Source: Octopus sinensis (Eukaryota). From it: a stretch of 64,000 nucleotides of DNA. Under the pieces are notes generated by a model that worked only from the letters and a program-made list of their open reading frames with translations, was not told the DNA's origin and ran no database searches. Below are positions 12,966-25,802 of this stretch, piece after piece. The position numbers were made by a program, and so were the translations under genes. The stretch spans positions 61,628,001-61,692,000 of the forward strand of contig NC_043003.1 in the NCBI RefSeq assembly GCF_006345805.1, in the 5' to 3' direction. Numbering within the stretch: the first letter of the stretch is position 1; each line of letters begins with the position of its first letter.

Positions 12966-13707
12966 CTTAAAACAGTTCCTCTTTTCCTGTTTTTCTATAC
13001 TTTCATTGAGATGTGCACCAGTGAATTTTTTATTTGATCTCCAGTCAAAAATATTGAGGACTACAGGCACTGCTGTTTTTAGCAGTATGAGCACACACAT
13101 AACGTTTCACTCACAAGTTTAAGTATTTATGAGTTACACACATGACTCATTAGTTATCCACGCTTCAACCTTATTCAATTTTTACAGCTGCTACCTACCT
13201 CCACACTTCTCCAATTCCTTCATCTCCCACACCCCATACAATCTTGTAATCATGCCCTCTCATTTCTACTCACTTTGTAACCTTAAGGAGGCTACCTAGA
13301 TACTTGCTCTACACTATTTATCTCTGCAATTCCTATTGATCATTCTCACCACCACCACCACCACCATCATTTAACTTTCCATGCTGGCATGGGTTGGACG
13401 GTTTGACTCAGGACTGGCAAGCCAGGCGGCTGCACCAGGCTCCAATCTGATCTGGCAAGGTTTCTACACCTTGATGCCCTTCCTAACACCAACCACTCTG
13501 AGAATGTAGTGGCTGCATTTTATGTGCCACAGGCATGGATGCCAATCAGGCAGCACTGGCACTGACCACGTTCAAATGGTGCTTTTTACATGCCACCAGC
13601 ATGGGAGCCAATCAGGCAGCACCTTTCATCTAAATATGAGTAGCCATGTAGTTCTACAAGAACTTGTCTGACCCTCCTTGTCATACTTTAACCCCACATT
13701 CCCTAGT

Positions 13708-13908
13708 TTAATCCATTACCATTTAAACTGGCCATATCCAGTCCAAATATTCCACCTGTTTTATGTTCAAACTGACAGATCTGGCTTCATCCATCAACCC
13801 TACAACGTCATCATCAAAATAATATGTCATTATGCATGATGAAATTCAAAACAGTGTTTATAAATATGAATTACAATTGACAGAAAAATCTGAATGCTAA
13901 GGAATTAA
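13708..13908. mobile_element. TTAA-flanked MITE, second family, degenerate
   Basis: TTAA at both ends, TTAATCCATTACCATTTAAAC ... GAATGCTAAGGAATTAA; termini eroded. Confidence 0.5.
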
Positions 13909-15670
13909 AGCTACCCTCTTCTTCATGGTTCATAGTCTTGCTAACCACATGTGGACCTCAGCAGAGCTAGTGGCATGAAGAAGGCACTCAGTAAACTTTG
14001 TAAAGTGGTGTGCAACTCGTACCAGAACAATTCCCCCTGATGACAACTACCCTCAGGACAATTTCCCCGCCTTGGTTAATTACCTCCTCTCGAATATATT
14101 AAGTTTTAAATCATCATCTGTTGTCCTTGGGGTGGGGGGTGGGGGGTTGTTGTCCTAGACTCAGGCAATTGGTTGTAGAAACCATGCCAAAGCAGATATT
14201 GGAGCATGATGCAGTCCTTGGACCCACTGGATCCTTCCAAACCATCCAACCCATGCTAGTATGAAACATAGATGTTAAATGTTGCTGCTGCTGCTGCTGA
14301 TGATGATAATGATGATTTAGTGACTTAATATTTCTGGAAATAGATAAGGATGCGCTCCAAGATTTATTCCATAAATACCTGAATAATTGCAGACTCTCTT
14401 TAGAACTCACAATGGAGTCTTGCTCCATTAACACAGTTAATAAATATTCTTGCTTCAAAATCTGAAATACTTCAACTTCATTCACCTTCAGAAAGTTCTC
14501 TCTCACTTGTAAAGAAAAATTCAGTAGAGTTCTTTGTCTGTTCTTCCCCACAATAATTTTCTCCAAGTTTTCTCACTTTTTCATTTTATGCTAATTATTC
14601 TATTATATAACTCAATAGTTATTTAGTAAGAGGTGACAGCAGGAGATCTGATCAAATATTTACAATAGGCTATCTTTTAATTCTCAATCCAGATAATATT
14701 TCTTAGTGTTTTATCTGCAGAAACTTCTACAATGGAAACGATGCTATCCATTCATTTATAGACTTCTTTTGGCATCCACAATCTCCTGCTGTTAACAACT
14801 TGCATCTTCTTCTTCTGATACATATATATCAGTCTCTAATCTTTTATATAGTGAAATATATTCTTGAACCGGAATAGATTCTGTATTCTTGGCCACCATT
14901 TTATCGTATTTCCTGACTAGTATTTAATCAATTTAGCTTTCCATTTCAACCAAAATAGTAGGTTGCTAGATCTTATTGCTCCATGAAAGGTTATGTTAAA
15001 TATGATCACTAATATTTTACTATCTCTCAGCTCTCGTAGACCTTTATCTCCTCCCAACAACTATGCTAACAACAACTGTGACACACCAATACAGTCAGGG
15101 CATTTATGAGTTGTTGTTGTTGGTGGTGGTAGTGGCCGTGGTGTTGTTAAGTCTCGTGTCAGCCTTGATTTGAGCAGTCTTGTAACCAAAGATATTCCAG
15201 CCTTTACCATACCATCATCATCACCCTTATTTAACATCTGCTTTCCATGCTGACATGGGTTGGATGGTTTGATGGGTGCTGGAAAGCAGAAGAGCTGCAC
15301 TAGGCTCCTATTGTCTGTTTTGGCAGGGTTTCTATGGCTGAATGCCCTTCCTAATGTCGATCACTTTACAGAGAGTACTGGGTGCTTTTTATATGGCACC
15401 AGCACAGGTGCTTTTTATGTGGCAGCGGCACAAGTGATTTTTACATGATACCAGAAGAGGTGTGTCTTTACTCTTTTAAAGTGACAAAGTGTGAGTTCAG
15501 AGAGATTTGACTGCTATGTCTAACAGGTCCAGCACCTTCACAAAAGCTCACTGGTTGGTATGAATATTTATGAGTTTTTCTCAGTGATGGAAATGAGTTT
15601 CTAGAAGTAGGAAATGCAAAATTTTAAAATTTATTGTTTAAATGTCTGAGACATTTAATCAAATATGCAA

Positions 15671-16040
15671 AGGTGTTATATATGGATAGTGAGACAGCAG
15701 TGAAAGTCTGTTGACAAGTAGAATCAACTAGAAAACGTATTAACAGTATAAAGAGACTACGTGTTAAATTTACTGGACTCCAGGAGAAAAAGAATCCTTG
15801 AATACTTGATGGCAACTTGGAAATTGAAAGGAAGAAGCTGGGGAAAACAAAGAGAAGAGACTCAATGGATGGCCTTAGAAGCAGGCTACAAAAAGGCAGT
15901 TAATACATGCTAAGTTATATGAGAGAAAGGAAGAGGTGGAGGGCCATGATCAATAATGCCTGTAGGAATGGCACAACGAAGAAAAGGGGAAGAAGAGAGG
16001 ATGGAGGAGAGAAGAAGAGGGGAGAAGAGAGGAGGGAGGA
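15671..16040 (+). mobile_element. RTE-type LINE 3' fragment (third family)
   Basis: Translates to LEYLMATWKLKGRSWGKQRE...RKRWRAMINNACRNGT, followed by a GAA-rich tail. Confidence 0.75.
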
Positions 16041-16632
16041 GGACACAAATCTTGCAAATTCAAGATTTGCGTTTCAAGATGGATTCTAAAACTAAAACAA
16101 AAATCCAAAAGGAAAAGTAAAATTAGCAGATGTAATTAATTAGTAGGAATTCAAGAAAGCATAACGGATATTTCTCTTATCAGAAAAATTAAATAACAAC
16201 AACAACAGCAAAATGGGAATCATATATATCTATCATTTATTCCCTATTTACACTGAAGTAACAACTTTCTAGTTTTATGAGATACAAGGCATCCCATTCA
16301 TGTTGGGACCACTATAAATCCACTTGGCTTTGAAGTGGGTAGTGAATGAGGACACTTTAGCTTATTGAGGACATGGTAAAATCTCTTGCACTAGGCCAAG
16401 GGTTGAGAGGTTGTGCAACATCTTTAGTGCTGGTATCACAAAAAAAAATGCATCTTATACATTCGATGATGTGGTTGGTGCTGGGAAGGACATTTAGTCA
16501 TGGAAAACAATCCAAAGTTAATTATACAAGTGAGATGTAGTCATCTGACCTATCTAGCAGTGCAGTAACTCGTTATAATAATTGACCAGTCCAACCCATG
16601 TCAGCATGGAAAACAAACATAAAACAATGATA

Positions 16633-17562
16633 ACAAGTGCACTCAGAGAGCACAAACCTCTGCCAACGCATTACCAACATTTCTCTTTGTTTTCCCCAGC
16701 TTCTTCCTTTCAATTTCCAAGTTACCATCAAGTATTCAAGGAATCTTTTTCTCCTGGAGTCCAGTGATCTTAACATGTAGTCTCTTTATGTTGTTAACAC
16801 GTTTTCTGGTTGATTCTGCTTGTCTGCAGACTTTCACTCCTGTCTCATTATCCATATATGACACCTCTCAACAATTAACCAGAGATGATTTTTAAAATCA
16901 TCTGAAATAAAACTGACTGCTCTTACAAACAAGAATGCTAAAAATGAACCCAGTCACTCTCAAAGGGAAAAATTATCCAAATATATATATATTGAGTGAG
17001 AGGTGAAGGGAGAGGAGATGAAATACTAATACAGTGAAGGAGAAGGAGTGAGGGTAATAGCCATGACAGAGAGGGAGTGAGAGAAAGTAATGACAATGAA
17101 AAAGACAAAATGAAGTGGCAAATAGAGCGTCGTATGAATGAGAAAGTAAGGGGTGATAGATGAATAATGAAGGAGAGAGAGAAAAAGCAGATAAACAGCG
17201 TTTGAAGTCTGAATATATGTGTGTGTAAAAGAAAGGTATGCTTGTGTGCATGTGTGTGTACAATGGAAATAGTCAACGCTGAAAATGTGTGAGTATATGT
17301 GTGCATGTACAAGAGAACTACATGAAACTTTACATATACATGTAAAGTAAAGAAAATATAAAACATAATCCAGAATTCTTGTCTGGGACCGGATCGATCC
17401 CAAAATCTAATCAGTTCATGCCAGTCATGAGGCCAAACATCTCTGAAGGTTTTATCAGAATCCATCCAGCAGTTCTTGAGAATATCTTGTCCACAAACAA
17501 ACAATTAACAAACAAATGTAACTGTAAACAATACCTCCGCCTTCGCTAAGGCAGAGGTAATA
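16633..17562 (+). mobile_element. Helentron-like (HINE) composite element with cargo
   Basis: 5' sub-terminal ACCTCTGCC; 3' hairpin TACCTCCGCCTT-CGCT-AAGGCAGAGGTA (17532-17559, 11/12 bp); contains RTE fragment 16668-16866 and a second insert ~16980-17340. Confidence 0.7.
16668..16866 (-). mobile_element. RTE fragment, inverted counterpart of 15671-15862
   Basis: ORF 16573-16776 RRKRFLEYLMVTWKLKGRSWGKQRE; reverse-complement match to the 15.7-kb copy. Confidence 0.8.
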
Positions 17563-18872
17563 ACCCTTTCTACTAAAGACACATGGCCTGAAATTCGTAG
17601 GGAAAGGACTAGGGGATTACATCGACCCCAGTGTTTCACTGGTACTTAATTCATTGACCCCAAAAGGATGAAAGACAAAGTTGACCTCAGTGGAATTTGA
17701 ACTCAGAACGTAAAGACAGACAAAATACTGCTAAGTATTTTGCCCAGCGTGCTAACAATTCTGCCAGCTCGCCACTTTAGAAAGCAATTATAATTGAAGT
17801 CTACCTCTTAAACCTTTTGCCTGTTTAAATCATTTTCTTAAATTTGTCCTAAACTTCCATGCTTGTTTTCAGACTTTTCTTTAGTTAGCCCTTGTTCCAT
17901 ATGTTCTGAGTAATATAAAGATCACCTTTCATAGATTCCAAGTAAATCTGATGGATGAAAAAAATAAGGAATGTGTATCATATATGACATATGCCTTGTG
18001 TATTCTTACATGATACATAGGACAAGCAAAGGATTAATAAATACCAATTTACATAACTGTGCCAGTTGTACATAAAATGCATCATTCGGGCATGGCTGAT
18101 GCCAGTGCTGCCTGACAGGCACCTGTGCTGGTGGCACGTAAAAAGCACCATTTGAGTGTGGCCGATGCTAGTGCCACTTGACTGGCACTCATGCCGATGG
18201 CACATAAAATGCACCCACCACACTCTCAGTGGTTGGCATTAGTAAGGGCTGCCAGCTATCGAAACGTTGCCAAATCAGATTCGAGCTTGGTGCAGCCTCC
18301 CAGCTTGCCAGTTCTCAGTCGAACTGTTCAACCCATGTCAGCATGGAAAGCGGACATTAAATGACAACAACAATGATGATGATGATGATGATGATGATGG
18401 TAAGTGGTATTTAATAATGGTTTCAAATTTTGGCACAATGCTAGCATTTGGGGGAGGGGGTTCATTGACTACATCAACCCCAGTGCTCAACTGGTACTTC
18501 TTTTGCCAACCCTGAAAGGACAAAAGGCAAAGTTTACCTCAGTGCAACTTGAACTCAGACTGTAAAGACAGATGAAATACCACTCAGCATTCTGTCCAGT
18601 ATGCTAACAGTTCAGCTTGCAGCCTTATAGCAGTATTTAACAAGCCTTTCTACTAAAGGCGCAAAGCCTGACATTTAGTAGGAGGCGACAAGACAAATAC
18701 ATTAACCCCAGTGTTTCACTGGTACTTAATTTATCGACCCCGAAAGGATGAAAACAAAGTCGACTTTGCCAGAATTTGAGCTCAGAATGTAGCAGCAGAT
18801 GAAATACTGTTAAGCATTTCGCCCAGTGTGCTAACGATTCAGCCAGCTCACCACAGTATTTAATAATCGTTT

Positions 18873-19105
18873 AAGGTGGCAAGCTGGCAGAAACGTTAGC
18901 ACGCCGGGCGAAAAGCTTACCGGTATTTCGTCTGCCGTTACATTCTGAGTTCAACTTCTGCCGAGGTCGACTTTGCCTTTCATCCTTTCGGGGTTGATAA
19001 ATCAAGTACCAGTTGCACACTGGGGTTGATGTAATCAACTTAATCCGTTTGTTTGTCCTTGCTCGTCCTCTCTGTATTTGGCCCCTTGTGGGTAGTAAAG
19101 AAATA
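18873..19105 (+). mobile_element. SINE-B with perfect 18-bp TSD
   Basis: TSD AGTATTTAATAATCGTTT at 18855-18872 and 19106-19123; flanked by older minus-strand SINE-B copies (~18405-18853, 19124-19330). Confidence 0.9.
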
Positions 19106-19931
19106 AGTATTTAATAATCGTTTCTACTATAGGCACAAGGCCTGAAATTTGGGGGAGGGAGCTAATTGATTCCATCAATCCCAGTGTGTAACTTGTACTT
19201 ATCTAATTGACACTGAAAGGATGAAAGGTAAAGTTGACCCCAGTGGAATTTGAACTCAGAATGTAGAGGCAGATGAAATACCGCTAAGCATTTCACTCGG
19301 TGTGCTAACAATTCAGCCAGTTCACTGCAATATTTAATAATAACTTACAGAACATGTTTCAACAGAGGTTTAGTTGTATATTGCCTATACAGAGATACCA
19401 GTGATATCGGCATGAGAAATGATAAAATAAACAGGAAGATTTCATCATTTTCTAAAAATACTAATTAAAGCCATATGTGTAAAAACAGCACTTGAGAAAA
19501 CTTTACCAAAAAATTTGTATATAAATGCATTAACCTAGTTTATAGACATGAGGAGGTAAATTTAGAGCCAACAGCATGTCAGAGTAGCAACCAAAATGTC
19601 AAGACATTCATGAAATTCAAGACATCATTGAAATTGTCCGTGATTCAAACATTTAACTCTAAATAGCCCAGTGGAACTGACTGCATACAAGCATGACACA
19701 AAAATCTACAGCTCACTGAGCTAACCAAGGAGAGAACCTTCTTAATAGCCATTTAAACTGCTAGATATAGCAGCTAAACACACACACACACACATAAATC
19801 ACAAATGCACATCATGTAGAATAAAATAAACCTGAAATATATTGTCCAGCATAACACAAAAACATTGATAACCAAACCCGGGCATATACATACATATTAT
19901 GTGTAAATATAAATAGAAATAGAAGAATATA

Positions 19932-20312
19932 TACTCTTTTACTTGTTTCAGTCATTTGACTGTGGCCATGCTGGAGCACCGCCTTTAGTCGAGCAAATCG
20001 ATCCCAGGACTTATTCTTTGTAAGCCTAGTACTTATTCTATTGGTCTCTTTTGCCGAACTGCCAAGCTACAGGGACGTAAACACACCAGCATTGGTTGTC
20101 AAGAGATGTTGGGGGGACAAACACAGACATACAAACACATACATATATATGAGAGGCTTCTTTCAGTTTCTGTCTACCAAATCCACTCACAAGGCTTTGG
20201 TTGGCCGGATGCTATAGTAGAAGACACTTGCCCAAGGTGCCAAGCAGTGGGACTGAACCCGGAACCATGTGGGTGGTAAGCAAGCTACTTACCACACAGC
20301 CACTCCTATGCC
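19932..20312 (-). mobile_element. SINE-A, full length reference copy
   Basis: tRNA-like head (TGGCTGTGTGG / GGTTCAGTCCC), microsatellite middle, tail ending GACTGAAACAAGTAAAAGAGTATAT. Confidence 0.9.
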
Positions 20313-21775
20313 TATATGAGAAGAATCTTACCCCAAGAACTGTGAGACAAACAGTAAACATGCAGTAAATGCTGAGGGGAAAGAAATGCTTGATGGGTAT
20401 GTAGTCACTGATTAGGTCATAGACTGTGGTGAAAGGACATTAACAGACTAACCAATTAACCAACAGATCGACTGATTAATTATCTAAATGATTAGGGACA
20501 AAACTGAAGTGAAACATAGCTAGTGCATGTTTTTATTAGCAGTAAGACCCTCCCAAAATACATCAATATTGCTTCCCAACCAAATGGGTTCATGTTCAGT
20601 CCCTGTGTGGAACCTTGGGCAAGTGTTTCTATAGCCCCTGACTAATCAAAGCCTCGTGAGTTGAATTGGTAGGTAGAAACTGAAAGAAGCCCACCATGTG
20701 TTTGTGGGGTGTGTGTGTGTGTGTTACTGTCTCCTTGCTGTAACATCATATGAGAGTTGTAAATGAGTGTCATTGTGATGCAAGAGGTGTTCTTTGTTTC
20801 CAATCTTCTGTGAAAACATGTCTGGTCAAGGGAGAAATATTAACATGCTCGGAAAGAGGTGAGGGTTGGTGACAGGAAGGGCATCCAGATGTAGAAGACC
20901 CACTTCAATAAACTCCATCCAACCCATGGAAGCAAGGAAAAGTGGATGATAAAACAATGATGAAAGCACACTACCTTATGTACTGAGTTCAATTTCTCTT
21001 ATTTATACCATAAAACTTGTGTATGTGTGTTTAAATATCACAGTATAGTTTCAATTTCTGTTTAAAGCCATTTCCCATTTCACTTATACTGCTAATGCTC
21101 TTAGGAAAAGTATGATTGACATACTTCTGATTTACCTCTACCGAAATTCAGGCACTTTTGTTCCAAGCACAAAGAAATTAGTTTTAATCTGAAGCAGATT
21201 CGAACAATTGTTTAAACAGATATCCACTTAAAGAGATGAATTTTTATGGTAAATGGATTGTTTCCTCATTAGAAGCTATTATATATATACATGACTATTT
21301 ATTACTCGAGTTTTAAATATAATTACTTTTCAAGTAGAACAAAGCAAAAATAGTGAAATTTGCTGCTTGTGTTGTCACAAGGTGTTCTAAACATTACAAA
21401 TGACATGAGAATCCTTATTGTTTAACTACAAATATTTGCAGTCATCTCACTAGCAATCAAACCAGGAATATTTTTGTCAAGAAAATCAATACTTATGTCA
21501 ACAATACAGAAACAATCATCAGAAATGTTTTTGAAATTCAATTTACCTTAATTATCCAAAGTTATCAAATATATTCTAGATGCAGACATAGCTGTGTGGT
21601 TAAGAAACTTGCTTCCTGACCATGTGGTGTTGGGTTCAGTCCCACTGTGCCTCAACTTGAGCAAATGTCTTCTATTATAGCCTACGACCAACGAAAACCT
21701 TGCAAGTGGATTTTGCAAGCAGAAACTAAAAGAAGTCAGAAACTAGAAACAGAAACTAAATTAAAAGGAAAAAAC

Positions 21776-21998
21776 AAGGTGGCAAGCTGGCAGAACCATT
21801 AGCACGCCTGGCAAAATGCTTAGTGGTATTTTGTCAGCTGTTACGTTCTGAGTTCAAATTCTGCTGAGGTCGACTTTGCCGTTCATCCTTTCAGGATCAA
21901 TAAATTAAGAACCAGTTACGCATGGCGTCGATGTAATTGACTTAATTCATTTGTCTGTCCCCTCTATGTTTAGCCCCTTGTGGGCAATAAAGAAATAA
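21776..21998 (+). mobile_element. SINE-B
   Basis: Colinear with 18873-19105. Confidence 0.85.
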
Positions 21999-24900
21999 GA
22001 AACTAAAAGAAGTCTGTCATATGTGAGTGAGCGAGCAAGCGTGCATGCATATATGTGTGTACACACATGTATATTTGCAAGCACTTTTGTCTTGGCATCG
22101 CATGTTGGCTGTAAACAAGCATCACCATCATACAAGAGGTGTTGTTTACTTTTAGTCTTTCATGAAATACATAATGTAATAATAATAACGAAACTATAGT
22201 GTACAGTACTCAGGTGCACTACAACTCATCCAAGGTGTACATAGAATTATGTACAAAAGTCAGGAAAGTGAACAGTGTATAAGTCATGATATACATGTGT
22301 GCATGCGTATTGGGATATCAGGTGTAGTGTTGGTGAATTTCAGGAAGCATGGAGGTTTGGGAAATATTAGCTTGCTTGGAAGTAGGTGAGGATTGGTGAA
22401 AGGAAAGGCATCCAGCTGTAGGAAAAAAATCTACCTTAAATTCCAATCGATTGAGGAAGTACAACTTATCAAAACCATAGAAACTGGTTATTTGGATTTT
22501 GTTGCCAGATTAATATTTATGGCGAGAGCAGAATTGATAAATGAAAGATATTTAATTGCAAAAAATTAAAAAAAGAGAAAAAACTCAAAGAATTTCACGT
22601 TTTTAATAGGATTCTTAAAACTGATTTTCTAAATGTTATTAATTACTACATCATAACTATTATTATTTTAACATCCACTTTTCCTTGCTCACATGGGTTG
22701 GAAAGAATTTGTCAAGGTGGATTTCCTAAGGCTGGAGACATTTCCTGCCACCAACTTACGCCCTTTTCTCAAGTAAGCTAATATTTTTCCATGGCCAGAC
22801 ATGTCTGCATAGAAAATTGACTTGTAGGACATCAGCTACCACATGATGTCAAGGCAAGGAAACACTAGCACACACACACACATATACATAAACGCACATA
22901 CACACACACATGCATGCATGCAGGTGCACACTCACACATACACACGAGATGCTTCTTTCCCGATACTGAAATATAGATGACCTAAGTTAATTTTTCATCT
23001 CAATCTCTAAACTTCTTAATAAAAACTATCTTGCCCTCCATCCTGGATGTCCTGCTAAACAAAAATTTCTTCTGTTTTTTAGGTAATCAATGTCTTTTCT
23101 ATGAGTTCGAAGATACTTTTAGACACATTAAATTTTATCTGATATTTATAACTGTTTTTCTATTTTCAACGAGGGTCAGCTGAGATGCTCTGTCTCCATC
23201 TATTTCAGTTAGCTTACTTCAAAATCTGTAATCATTCATCTTCTTCAAGGTGCTTTTGTTATAAGATTTTATCTGGAAAATTTTTTTGCAATATGCTATA
23301 AAAGAATTTCTGAAACGTTATTGTTTTCTAAATCAATTTTAGTCAAACAACTCCATGTTGTGTGTATTTTTGTCTTCGTTCTGTATAAAGCTATGTTATA
23401 CCCATCTCACAATGCTCTAAATGTATTCATCATTCTTCGTAACAGCACATTTTTATAATTTAAGATTTGATTTCATAGAAAATAATAAATAATTCATTTT
23501 CTGTTTAGCTTCAAGTATATTCGAAGACTATGTCCACCTAGATATCAACAACCGCCTATATGTATGTGCACACATTTATTCACATGAACATGCTGAAAAA
23601 GAGAGAGAGAGCAGCAGAAAACAAAGAGATGAACACATGCATATACATATATATTTTAGAAGTTTGCCTCCGTAATCAAATAAAAGATTAACTACATTTA
23701 GAGGAAATACTTTCAAATAATTTACATCAGACCTACAAAGACCCCCCTACTATGCAAATCAATTCAAAATAAATACCATATATTCACATACATACAAGAA
23801 TATGTCTGAGAAACATTACTAGAAATAACAAAAAAAAAAACAAAAAACAAACGACTTATTAAATATTGCTCAACTTCATAGTTGAAAAACAAAATGAAAA
23901 GCATTATTAAATTTATGACAAAATGTCGTAGGTAACAAATGAAAGTTGTAAAGTGTTAATGTAAGGCAAATACATTTTCTGTTCTTCTAATTATTAGAAA
24001 ATTAAACAATAAAATCTAAAGACATATTGATTTTAAAACTATAATTGTCAAAACAATTTAATAAACTAGTTGTATATAAAACAACACCTAAATTAATCTC
24101 CTCAAAGAAAACTTATGGTACAATGTCAATGAACTGATGTTTACAATATTTCTTTCAGGTCAAAGTATAGACTATTAATAATTTTTCTTGGCAAAAATAC
24201 ATTTTATTTTTACTAAAGACATTCAAAAAAATTCTCAAAGTTATCTATTCGTGTAAATTTTAAAAGAGGTTGCAATTCTAACGAATGGGTGTCCCAGTGG
24301 AACAGATTCTTGCAATGAGATTATAATCATCATCATCATCATCAGTAGCACCAGCACCAGCACCACCACTGTCACTACCATCATTGCTGCCACCACCACC
24401 ACCACCACCACCACCACCACCATCGTTTTAGCATCAACTTTTTCATGCTGGCATGAATCAGACAACAGTATGTTGGGAGTAGAGTTTTCTATGGCTAGAT
24501 ACCCTTCCTGATGCCAACTCTCACCTGTTTTCATTTGTGCTAATAATCTCTCTCAGTGTATCAAATAACAAACAGTCCTAACACATTTACACAGACAACT
24601 GAAAACAAACATGTGAAGACATGACAAAAAAAAAACCCAAACACTTTTATGGTGGACTGCATACATGGACTAAATGACACTGACACCAACGCCACAAGAA
24701 AACAAACTTACATGCAGCACACACACACACACACACACACACATGTATGCATGCATGCACACATACAACAGGTTTCTTTCACTGTCCATCAACTAAATCC
24801 ACCTTGCAAGCCTTTGTTGAGCTAGGGACTATAGTGGAAGACACTTGCCCAAGGTACCATGCAGTGGGACTGAACTCAGACCCATGTGGTTGAAAAGCAA

Positions 24901-25124
24901 ACATCTTAACCACATAGCCATGCTTGAAGTTGTGATAAAGAATAAAAATTTCTGATGAAAAAAAGGTGGAGTTAGTTCTTGAACACAAATGTAACAATAG
25001 GAATAATTTCTTGATATTTTTCATTCAATAGGACTGAAATGGTAAGGCGGCGAGCTGGCAGAATTGTTTAAGCTAGTAGGTTATGGCTTAAAGAAGATTT
25101 ACTTGCTATTTCTAAAGGCTGAGC

Positions 25125-25167
<43 letters not shown>

Positions 25168-25519
25168 AATTCTATTTCTTATGTTACGTTCATCCAATAA
25201 TCGAAAGACCCTTTCTGTTTGTCATTTCCTCACGTTTGTATTTGTACATTTGTTTGCCTTGCTCAAGGGCTTAATGCCTTCAGCTTAAGTCCTTGGCCCA
25301 ACTGGTTTCAAGTAGTAATGGAGAGGACTGGTCAAAACTACATAGACATTACAAACTCCGACTGAAGAAGCAATTGGCTGCAAATGATCCATGTATCTTG
25401 TTTTGTCCTGTTTGCTGTTGTTGTGCTATCGTCCTTTTCTTGCTTGTTATGTTTTGATGATTTCCGTTTGTTGTGTCTTCTTACATGACTGGCTCCTGTG
25501 CTGGTGGCATCTAAAAAGG

Positions 25520-25750
25520 ACTATCTGAAGTGATCGATGCCAGGCCCACCTGACTGGCACCTGTGCTGGTGACACTTAAAAAGCACCCACTACACTCTCA
25601 GAGTGGTTAGCATTAGGGAGGGAAAACAGCTGTAGAAACATTGCCAGATCAGATTGTAACCCGGTGCAGCCGCTGGCTCTCCAGACCTCAGTCAAATTCT
25701 CCAACCCATGGTAGTATGGAAAACTGATGTTAACGATGATGATGATTATG

Positions 25751-25802
<52 letters not shown>

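Noticed and set aside
13095-13165. Hammerhead-like CUAAUGA...GAAACGUU on the minus strand
   Set aside because: Core G5 is altered and no consistent stem I or II geometry is found
23100-23480. Old LINE endonuclease-RT linker
   Set aside because: Only a vague resemblance; too decayed to support
24241-24320. Last exon of TCEANC2 (ESVPLGHPFVRIATSFKIYTNR*)
   Set aside because: Weak acceptor, preceded by a LINE tail, and no YRRTVRALVF-like motif
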